Assembly (NCBI RefSeq): GCF_000247565.1
Contig: NC_016893.1
Location: forward strand, 90,001 to 122,000
Length of the DNA: 32,000 bases
Source: Wigglesworthia glossinidia endosymbiont of Glossina morsitans morsitans (Yale colony)
GTDB taxonomy: Bacteria > Pseudomonadota > Gammaproteobacteria > Enterobacterales > Enterobacteriaceae
Reading direction: 5' to 3'
The notes below the pieces were generated by a model. The model was not told the origin of the DNA and did no database searches. It saw only the letters and a program-made list of their open reading frames with translations. Below are positions 9,926 through 17,233 of this stretch, piece after piece. Position numbers and translations under genes: made by a program. Each line of letters begins with the position of its first letter. The stretch's first letter is position 1.

Positions 9926-10195
9926 AAATTTATATAAGTAGTTTTTAAAATTCTAAATTTTTATATGATATGATATATTTACTTAAATTAATCAAAAATT
10001 TTTTATCCATCAGAATATACTACTAATATTAAATTTTTTTAATATACAACATGCATACTCATGTTAACTCAACAATAAAAAAGATTGAATTAAGATAATT
10101 CAATAAAAATATAATAGATAAAAACTTTATTATAAATGAAAAATAGCTAATTTATATTAAATATATTTTTAACAAATTGGATATTAATAAATTAA

Positions 10196-11152
10196 ATGAA
10201 TACTTTTGCGATGATTTTCCCCGGTCAAGGTTGTCAAAAAATTGGCATGTTAAAACCATTTAAAGAATTTTCTATTATTAAAAATATATTTAATGAAAGC
10301 TCAGAAATTTTGAAATATGATTTATGGAAAATAATTGAAAATGGACCATATGAAATTTTAAATAAAACCGAAATTACACAACCGGCTATATTGACTACGT
10401 CTTTTGCAATTTGGAAAATTTGGAAAAATTTTTCTGGAGAAAATCCTCAATTTATGGCAGGACATAGTTTAGGAGAATATTCGGCATTAGTATGTGCAAA
10501 TGGATTATCATTTTCGGATGCCGTCAAAATTGTTGCTTTACGCGGAAAATTCATGCAAGAATTAGCTAACAATCAAGCATGCGCTACGTCTGCAATTATT
10601 GGATTATCAAGTAAAATAATTCATCAAATTTGCAAACAATTTTCAAATTCTGAAACTGTGTCTATTGCAAATTTTAATTCTCCTAATCAGGTAGTAATAT
10701 CTGGTTATAAAAGTTCCGTTATTCAAGTGATGAACACTTGTCAAGACTATGGAGCAAAGTACATAAAAATTCTTCCTATAAATATTCCTTCTCATTCATA
10801 TTTAATGAAACCTGCAGCTAAAAAATTATCAAAGTTTTTAGATACAATAAAATTTTTTCAACCTAAAATACCAGTAATTAGTAGTATTGACACTAAAATA
10901 CAAAATAATCCAAAAAAAATTAAAAAAACACTTATTCGTCAAATTTATAGCCCAATTTTATGGAATAAAACTATACAGTATTTAATTAATCAAAAAATAT
11001 ACTCTTTTTTAGAAGTAGGTCCAGGCAACATATTATCTAAATTAATTAAAGATTTTTTGCATATTACAGATTTATACGGAGAATCTTTAAATCATCCAAG
11101 ATCTATAATACAACAAATTAAAAAATATAAAAAACTTGTTTATGCAATTTGA
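10196..11152 (+). CDS. fabD: Malonyl-CoA:ACP transacylase
   Basis: 318 aa. FAMIFPGQGCQKIGM matches E. coli FAFVFPGQGSQTVGM. The active-site motif GHSLGEYSALVCA is present, along with NFNSPNQVVISG and PSH. The 3' end overlaps fabG by 17 nt. Confidence 0.95.
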   Translation: MNTFAMIFPGQGCQKIGMLKPFKEFSIIKNIFNESSEILKYDLWKIIENGPYEILNKTEITQPAILTTSFAIWKIWKNFSGENPQFMAGHSLGEYSALVCANGLSFSDAVKIVALRGKFMQELANNQACATSAIIGLSSKIIHQICKQFSNSETVSIANFNSPNQVVISGYKSSVIQVMNTCQDYGAKYIKILPINIPSHSYLMKPAAKKLSKFLDTIKFFQPKIPVISSIDTKIQNNPKKIKKTLIRQIYSPILWNKTIQYLINQKIYSFLEVGPGNILSKLIKDFLHITDLYGESLNHPRSIIQQIKKYKKLVYAI

Positions 11153-11876
11153 AAAAAAAATTTCGTTAGTTACCGGAGCAAATCGAGGAATAGGAAAAGC
11201 TATTGCAAAAAAATTGCTTGAAAAAAATGTAATAGTAATTGGCACTGCAACACAACCAGAAGGTGTAAAAAAAATTAGCAAATACTTACACGGCCAAGGA
11301 TTAGGAATACAATTAAATATATGTGATTCAATTTCAATTAAATTATGTTTAGAAAAAATAAAAAAAAATTTTGGTTTAATAAATATCCTTATTAACAATG
11401 CAGGTATTACACAAGATAACTTATTAATTAAAATGAAAGAAAATCAATGGGATTCTGTGATAAATACAAATTTAACAGGAACATATAGAATATCTAAAGA
11501 AGTTATACCAGGAATGTTAAAAAAAAATTACGGAAGAATTGTAAATATTGGATCTGTCTCTGGATTTGTAGGAAATCCTGGTCAAACAAATTACTCTGCA
11601 TCTAAATTTGGTTTAATAGGTTTTACACATTCATTATCTAGAGAAGTAGCTAAAAGAGGAATTACAGTGAATATGATATGTCCGGGATTTATTGACACCG
11701 ATATGACACGTATATTATCCGAAAAGCATAAAGAAAAAATTTTATCTTTTATTCCTATTAATCGATTTGGCTCGACAAAAGATGTTGCACATGCCGCCAT
11801 ATTTCTTGCTTCTGACGAAGCTTCTTATATTACAGGAGAAACAATACATGTTAATGGCGGAATGTACATGAAATAA
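11136..11876 (+). CDS. fabG: 3-oxoacyl-ACP reductase
   Basis: 246 aa. SDR motifs TGANRGIGKAIA, NNAG, and YSASKFG (YxxxK) are present, and the C-terminus ITGETIHVNGGMYM is nearly identical to E. coli. The second ATG at 11142 (MQFEKKISL versus E. coli MNFEGKIAL) is an equally good start. Confidence 0.95.
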   Translation: MFMQFEKKISLVTGANRGIGKAIAKKLLEKNVIVIGTATQPEGVKKISKYLHGQGLGIQLNICDSISIKLCLEKIKKNFGLINILINNAGITQDNLLIKMKENQWDSVINTNLTGTYRISKEVIPGMLKKNYGRIVNIGSVSGFVGNPGQTNYSASKFGLIGFTHSLSREVAKRGITVNMICPGFIDTDMTRILSEKHKEKILSFIPINRFGSTKDVAHAAIFLASDEASYITGETIHVNGGMYMK

Positions 11877-11909
11877 TACACATTCGATTTTTTAATAAAT
11901 TTTACTAAG

Positions 11910-11938
11910 TTGCATCTTTTTTTAAAGTTTTATAAACT
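11910..11938 (+). promoter_or_regulatory. Possible sigma70-type promoter for acpP (TTGCAT-17 nt-TAAACT)
   Basis: TTGCAT is at 11910-11915 and TAAACT at 11933-11938 with a 17-nt spacer, about 40 nt upstream of the acpP ATG, which has an AGGA SD. Hexamer matches arise easily in DNA this AT-rich. Confidence 0.2.
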
Positions 11939-11979
11939 AAAAACTTTCGCATAAGCGAATTTGGCAGGAAATTTAAAAT

Positions 11980-12219
11980 ATGAGTACTATTGAAGAAAGC
12001 GTTAAATCTATTATTGCCGAACAATTAGGTGTAAAAAAAGAAGAAGTAATAAACAGTGCATCTTTCGTAGATGATCTAGGAGCAGATTCTTTGGATACAG
12101 TCGAGTTGGTTATGGCATTAGAAGAAGAGTTTGATACTGAAATCCCAGATGAAGAAGCAGAAAAAATCACTACAGTGCAAGCTGCTATTGATTTTATTAA
12201 AGAAAGTAAAAAATCATAA
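11980..12219 (+). CDS. acpP: Acyl carrier protein
   Basis: 79 aa. The sequence [23 protein letters not shown]...[42 protein letters not shown] is almost identical to E. coli AcpP, including the DSL phosphopantetheine site. Confidence 0.98.
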   Translation: MSTIEESVKSIIAEQLGVKKEEVINSASFVDDLGADSLDTVELVMALEEEFDTEIPDEEAEKITTVQAAIDFIKESKKS

Positions 12220-12225
12220 AGTTAA

Positions 12226-12253
12226 TTGGCGATCTACAGATCGCCAATAATTT
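12226..12253 (+). terminator. GC-containing perfect hairpin downstream of acpP (terminator-like)
   Basis: ttggcgatc (12226-12234), loop taca, then gatcgccaa (12239-12247) form a perfect 9-bp stem with 5 G-C pairs, 7 nt after the acpP stop. It is followed by taattt, which is only a weak U tract. The element is conspicuous in an AT-rich spacer. Confidence 0.5.
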
Positions 12254-12405
12254 AAAATAAAATTTTTTAATTTTAAAAAAATGAATTTTTAATTAATCTC
12301 TATAAAAATATATATTTAATCTACTTGATAAATACTATTATTTTAAACAAAAATTTATTATCATATTAACTATTAAATCTTAATTAAATTATAAAAAAGC
12401 ATCTA

Positions 12406-13209
12406 ATGCGATCTTGGATTAATGGAATTGAAACAGATCAAATTTCTATAAGTAACAGAAGTTTGCAATTTGGAGACGGTTTTTTTACAACATTTATATG
12501 CCGAAATGGACGTATTGAATTTTTAAAAAATCATTTTCACAGATTACTTTTAGCAGAAAAAAAACTTTTTTTTAACAAAATTAATTTTTCCGCCTTACAT
12601 AAAGAAGTTAAATTTGCATCTAAATGCGTATCACATGGAATTATTAAAATTATAATTATACGAGGAAATTCTATACGAGGATATAAAGCAAAACAATGTA
12701 TAGAACCAATACGCATTATCATATTAACAAAAAATAATCTAAATTTTAAAAAAATCAAAAAAAATGGAGCTCATCTATATTATAGTCCTATTAAAATCTC
12801 CAGAAATTTATTATTATCCGGTATTAAGCACAATAACAAAATCGAACAAGTTCTTGCTTCAATACATTTAGAGAATATGCATAAAGATGAAGCAATCATT
12901 TTAGATAATAAAGGATTTATAGTAGAATGTTGTACATGCAATATTTTCTGGAGAATAAAAAATTTCGTATTTACTCCAAATTTGAAATATTGTGGAGTTC
13001 CTGGAATAATTAGAAAAAAAATAATTAATTTGTTACCGAAACTTGGATATAAAATAATTGTTTCTTTTTTTAAAAGACAACATTTATTTTCTGCAGAAGA
13101 AGTTTTTATTACTAACTCTATATTTTCTATTATTCCCGTAAAATTAATTGAAAATAAACATTTTCTCGATCGTACTACATTTAAAAAAATACGTTATTTT
13201 TTTTGGTAA
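12406..13209 (+). CDS. pabC: Aminodeoxychorismate lyase
   Basis: 267 aa (269 in E. coli). INGIETDQISISNRSLQFGDGFFTT resembles INGHKQESLAVSDRATQFGDGCFTT. GIKHNNKIEQVLA resembles GIKHLNRLEQVLI, and ECCTCNIFW resembles ECCAANLFW. Its position between acpP and mltG is as in E. coli. Confidence 0.88.
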   Translation: MRSWINGIETDQISISNRSLQFGDGFFTTFICRNGRIEFLKNHFHRLLLAEKKLFFNKINFSALHKEVKFASKCVSHGIIKIIIIRGNSIRGYKAKQCIEPIRIIILTKNNLNFKKIKKNGAHLYYSPIKISRNLLLSGIKHNNKIEQVLASIHLENMHKDEAIILDNKGFIVECCTCNIFWRIKNFVFTPNLKYCGVPGIIRKKIINLLPKLGYKIIVSFFKRQHLFSAEEVFITNSIFSIIPVKLIENKHFLDRTTFKKIRYFFW

Positions 13210-13222
13210 AATAAACTTGTAT

Positions 13223-14256
13223 ATGCAAATTATATATAAAATAAAAAAACAAAAAATATTTTTTATATATTTGTTTTTGATAATTTTTATTTTTTTTTTA
13301 AGATACATGTTTTTTCTATAGAACCTTTAAACATTAGCAAAGAAACCTTAATTACTATACCAAAAGGAAGCACTATATTTTATTTAAAAAAATTTATGGA
13401 AAAAAAAAATATTAAAAATAATTTATATTTGCTACCTTTTTTAATTAAAATTAATCCTAGTCTAAAGAATATTAAATCTGGAACATATGCTTTATATCCA
13501 GGAATGAATATGAAAGATGCCTTTAATATGTTTGTATCAGGCAAAGAAAAACAATTTTCTATTCGATTTATTGAAGGTTCAACTTTAAAAGATTGCTTAA
13601 AAATTTTAAAAAATTCTCCGTATATACAGCAAGATATAGATTTCAATAATTTACACAACTTATCAAAACAATTAGGTGAAAAATCCGATATATTGTTAGA
13701 AGGGAATCTTTATCCAGATACATATTTACACACTAAAAACACTAAAGCAAGTGAAATACTAAAACGTGCAAAAAATAATATGAAAAAAATTTTAGAAAAA
13801 ATTTGGGATACACGAGATCAAAATTTACCGTACGATTCACCTCAATCGCTATTAATCATGGCATCTATTATTGAAAAAGAATCGCCATTAAAACAAGAAC
13901 GTTTTCTAATTTCTTCTGTATTTGTTAATCGATTAAATAACAAAATGAAATTGCAATCAGATCCTACTGTAGAATATGGATTAAAACTTCTAAAACCTAA
14001 TAAAAAAATGACTTATAAAGATCTCAAAATACCTACTCCTTATAATACATACATTATTTCTGGATTACCAAAAACAGCAATATCTATGCCTAGTTTTGAA
14101 TCAATCAAAGCAGCTGCACATCCAGAAAAAAGTAATTATTTTTATTTTGTTTCTACTGGATACGGCAATCATATTTTTAATCATGATTTTGATAGCCATA
14201 AAAAAGCAGTGAAAAATTATCGCAAATGGAAAAAGGAAATAAATAGTGCACGGTAA
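13223..14256 (+). CDS. mltG: Endolytic murein transglycosylase MltG/YceG, reading frame interrupted at a T10 tract (a -1 shift or an 11th U is needed to join the two parts)
   Basis: The track ORF 13396-14256 (286 aa) matches the E. coli MltG body ([31 protein letters not shown]...[20 protein letters not shown]). That same frame stays open and homologous back to 13240 ([25 protein letters not shown] versus E. coli [25 protein letters not shown]) but contains no ATG, GTG or TTG. The ATG at 13223, 13 nt after pabC, opens a different frame encoding a TM-like helix, [25 protein letters not shown]. That frame stops at 13319-13321. The two frames meet in T10 (13290-13299), and the joined product would be 344 aa versus 340 in E. 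coli. Confidence 0.85.
13290..13299 (+). repeat. T10 homopolymer at the mltG frame junction (U UUU UUA in the upstream frame)
   Basis: Counted directly: a13289, t13290-t13299, a13300. The upstream-frame codons are ttt (13295-97) and tta (13298-13300). Confidence 0.95.
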
Positions 14257-14947
14257 ATTTATTGTTATCGAAGGATTAGAAGGCTCCGGAAAAACTAATG
14301 CTATTTCGAAAGTAGTAAATATATTAAATCTACAAGGAATAAAAAACGTAATTTTTACAAGAGAGCCAGGAGGAACTCCACTTGCAGAAGCTTTACGAAC
14401 ATTGATTAAAGAAGGTGTAGGTTATGAGCCAATTACTAACCATGCTGAATTATTAATGTTATATGCTGCCCGTATACAATTAGTAGAACGCATAATTAAA
14501 CCAGCTTTAAGCCAAGGCTCTTGGGTAGTTGGAGATCGACATGACCTATCTTCTTTAGCGTATCAAGGAGGAGGAAGGTGTATAAACGAAAAATTGTTAA
14601 AAACTTTAAGAGATGCTTTTTTAGGAGATTTTTATCCGGATTTTACTTTATATTTAGATATACCACCTGTAATGGGATTAGCTAGAATTAGGGCACGTGC
14701 TACAGTTAGAGCGCAAATCAGAGAAAAAATGCACAAAATAAAAAGAGCACACTCACATGATATAAAAAATGAATTAGATAGAATAGAAGTAGAACCTATC
14801 TCATTTTTTGATAGAACAAGAGCGCGTTATTTAGAATTAGCTAAAAAAAATAAGAATATTGTTACTATTGATGCTAGTCAGTCTTTAGAACAAGTAAATT
14901 TAGAAATAAAAGAAAAATTATTAAATTGGTTAAAAATTCAAAATTAA
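14246..14947 (+). CDS. tmk: Thymidylate kinase (with an approx. 23-aa insertion in the LID region)
   Basis: 233 aa (213 in E. coli). It starts at GTG and overlaps the mltG stop by 11 nt, with AAGGA at 14233-14237. Conserved motifs include [12 protein letters not shown] (P-loop), [40 protein letters not shown], and [12 protein letters not shown]. Confidence 0.95.
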   Translation: MHGKFIVIEGLEGSGKTNAISKVVNILNLQGIKNVIFTREPGGTPLAEALRTLIKEGVGYEPITNHAELLMLYAARIQLVERIIKPALSQGSWVVGDRHDLSSLAYQGGGRCINEKLLKTLRDAFLGDFYPDFTLYLDIPPVMGLARIRARATVRAQIREKMHKIKRAHSHDIKNELDRIEVEPISFFDRTRARYLELAKKNKNIVTIDASQSLEQVNLEIKEKLLNWLKIQN

Positions 14948-14951
14948 TATT

Positions 14952-15929
14952 ATGCTATATCCATGGTTAAAAATACCATATCAAGAAATTATATCATGTC
15001 TTAAATTTAATACTTCTTGCACGGTATTACTGCAAAGCAACTCAGGATGCGGAATAAAAAAATTGTATTGTGCAATAATTAAACAAATATTTTGCAAATG
15101 CAAAAAAGATACGATTCATTATAATTTTTGTTTAAATTGTCAATTATTATCTGAAAATCGTCATCCAGATCTTTATGACTTCTCTAAGTATGCTATTTTA
15201 AATAAACAAATTGGAATAGATATCATACGAGAAATTTGCGAAAAAATTTTTTATCCTCCATATTATGGAGATGTAAAAATAATATTAATTCAAAATTTAG
15301 AACTTTTAACTAATCAAGCTATGCATGCATTACTGAAAACAATAGAAGAACCGTCAAAAAAAACATATTTTATATTAGGATGTAAAAAAATTAATTATAT
15401 TTTGCCAACAATTCTTAGCAGAAGTAAAATATGGAATATTTTTATTAAAACAAGCGATAGTTTGCAGTGGTTAAATGATCAAGGATACACAGAACTAAAG
15501 AAAACTAAAATTATTTTAAATCTCTGTTATGGAGCGCCAATTTTTGCTAAAAAAATGTTATCTTCTAATTTTTGGGAGATAAGAAAAAAAATGATATTAA
15601 TTCTAAAAAAAATTTTTCTAAAGCAGGCTTCTTTTTTTCATTTGTTTGAAAGTTGTCAAAAAATTGAAATATTTTTTATATTTATAAATTCTTTTATTAT
15701 AGATACTATAAGATACAAAAGTAACATTTTTTTGAATATTATTAACATTGACTGTATTAAAATTGTAGAATATATGTCTAAAATTTGTTCTATATGTTTT
15801 TTATATCAACAATGGGATTTTTGGTTAAATTTTAAAAAATTAAATTCAGAAATTTCAGGAATTAACAAAGAAATTTTTTTAATAAAAACTATATTAGCTT
15901 GGAATAATTTAATTCAGGATATTAAATAA
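14952..15929 (+). CDS. holB: DNA polymerase III delta' subunit
   Basis: 325 aa (334 in E. coli). YPWLKIPYQEI resembles YPWLRPDFEKL. A Cys cluster (CKCKKDTIHYNFCLNCQLL) parallels the Zn module, HPDLY is present, ALLKTIEEP resembles ALLKTLEEP, and TILSRS resembles TLRSRC. It follows tmk as in E. coli. Confidence 0.85.
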   Translation: MLYPWLKIPYQEIISCLKFNTSCTVLLQSNSGCGIKKLYCAIIKQIFCKCKKDTIHYNFCLNCQLLSENRHPDLYDFSKYAILNKQIGIDIIREICEKIFYPPYYGDVKIILIQNLELLTNQAMHALLKTIEEPSKKTYFILGCKKINYILPTILSRSKIWNIFIKTSDSLQWLNDQGYTELKKTKIILNLCYGAPIFAKKMLSSNFWEIRKKMILILKKIFLKQASFFHLFESCQKIEIFFIFINSFIIDTIRYKSNIFLNIINIDCIKIVEYMSKICSICFLYQQWDFWLNFKKLNSEISGINKEIFLIKTILAWNNLIQDIK

Positions 15930-16724
15930 GTGCTTTTAATTGATTCTCATTGTCATTTAGATTTTTTGAGCAATACTCGTAAAAATATTAAAAATATTGT
16001 ATTACAAGCAGAAAAAAATCATGTTAATCAGATTTTATCTGTATGTATTTCCGTTTCGCAATTTTCTAATATGATTAGTTTACTTAATAAAATTCCAAAT
16101 GTTTTACTTTCGTTTGGAATACATCCACTTTATATTGAAAAATCATATGATAAAAAATTACTGCATAATTTTGCAACTAGAAATGATGTAGTAGCAATCG
16201 GAGAATCAGGATTAGATTATAGCAAAATTGGATATAATTCAGAAATACAAAAAAAAGTTTTTCTTGATCATATTGAAATTAGTAAGATAGTTAAAAAACC
16301 TCTTATTATTCATTCAAGGAATGCGACTCATGATATGATTAAAATTTTATCTAATGTAAATTGTGAAATTTCCGGATGTATCATGCATTGTTTTACAGAA
16401 AATATACAAATAGCAAAAATTTTTTTAGACTTAGGATGTTATATTTCATTTTCTGGAATTGTTACTTTTAAAAATGCAAAAATAATACAAGATTGCGCAA
16501 GATATGTACCTGATGATCGTATATTAATAGAAACAGATTCACCATATTTATCTCCCGAACCATATAGAGGAAAAAAAAATCAACCATCTTATTTAATTCA
16601 TATTGCAAAATATATTGCAAATTTAAGAAATACAACTTTAAAAAATTTTTCAAAAAGTATAGTAAAAAATTTTCAAAAATTATTCCCAAAACACTCCAGT
16701 AAAAATAAAAAAAATATTCAATAA
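15930..16724 (+). CDS. ycfH: TatD-family metal-dependent hydrolase/DNase YcfH
   Basis: 264 aa. LLIDSHCHLD matches E. coli FLVDSHCHLD. Also conserved are GESGLDY, IIHSR, HCFTE, YISFSGIVTFKNA, and ETDSPYL.PEP.RGKKNQP. The GTG start directly abuts the holB TAA. Confidence 0.9.
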   Translation: MLLIDSHCHLDFLSNTRKNIKNIVLQAEKNHVNQILSVCISVSQFSNMISLLNKIPNVLLSFGIHPLYIEKSYDKKLLHNFATRNDVVAIGESGLDYSKIGYNSEIQKKVFLDHIEISKIVKKPLIIHSRNATHDMIKILSNVNCEISGCIMHCFTENIQIAKIFLDLGCYISFSGIVTFKNAKIIQDCARYVPDDRILIETDSPYLSPEPYRGKKNQPSYLIHIAKYIANLRNTTLKNFSKSIVKNFQKLFPKHSSKNKKNIQ

Positions 16725-16743
16725 ATATCAAGGAAAATATATT

Positions 16744-17088
16744 TTGAAAGAAAATATTTTTATAAAGATTTTGCAAAAAAAATCACCCGCAAATATTATA
16801 TATCAAGATAATTACGTGACTGCTTTTCGAGATAAAAATCCTCAAGCACCAATACACGTTATTATAATAACTAATATACTTATACCTACTGTAAATGATG
16901 TAAAAGATCAACATGCATTAATGCTCGGTCATTTGTTTCTTGCAGCTTCTAAAATAGCTGTAAAAGAAAAAATTAATAAAAGTGGTTATCGTCTAATAAT
17001 TAATTGTAACAAAGATGGTGGCCAAGAAATTTATCATTTACATATGCATTTATTAGGAGGTAAAAATCTTGGAAAATTATTATATTGA
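16744..17088 (+). CDS. hinT: HIT-family purine nucleoside phosphoramidase
   Basis: 114 aa. IFIKILQKK.PANIIYQDNYVTAFRDKNPQAP.H..II.NILIPTVNDV is colinear with E. coli HinT, and the histidine triad HLHMHLLGG is present. The start is TTG, with AAGGA 9 nt upstream. Confidence 0.9.
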   Translation: MKENIFIKILQKKSPANIIYQDNYVTAFRDKNPQAPIHVIIITNILIPTVNDVKDQHALMLGHLFLAASKIAVKEKINKSGYRLIINCNKDGGQEIYHLHMHLLGGKNLGKLLY

Positions 17089-17233
17089 TACGAACAAAAA
17101 TGAAATTTAACATTAACATAAAAATATAAATAATAACTAATTTACTGCAAGAGAAAACATATATTATAAATAAATTTATAGAAATTATTGCTGATAACTA
17201 ATAATATATTCTAAAAAAATTGGAAAATACACA

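Noticed and set aside
10003-10011. DnaA-box-like TTATCCATC in the rpmF-fabD spacer
   Set aside because: It mismatches the critical 3' CACA of the TTATCCACA consensus. It is a single isolated copy, with no cluster or adjacent AT-rich unwinding repeats organised like an origin.
11087-12170. Antisense ORFs 11087-11398, 11591-11800 and 11973-12170 (-) across fabD/fabG/acpP
   Set aside because: They are opposite to highly conserved fab/acp genes. The translations are low-complexity with no recognisable family.
12537-13658. Antisense ORFs 12537-12758 (-) in pabC and 13380-13658 (-) in mltG
   Set aside because: They overlap sense genes that have clear homology, and nothing independent supports them.
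16468-16776. 102-aa antisense ORF spanning the ycfH 3' end and the hinT 5' end
   Set aside because: It is antisense to two conserved genes, and its F/L/Y/N-rich translation is typical of AT-rich noise.
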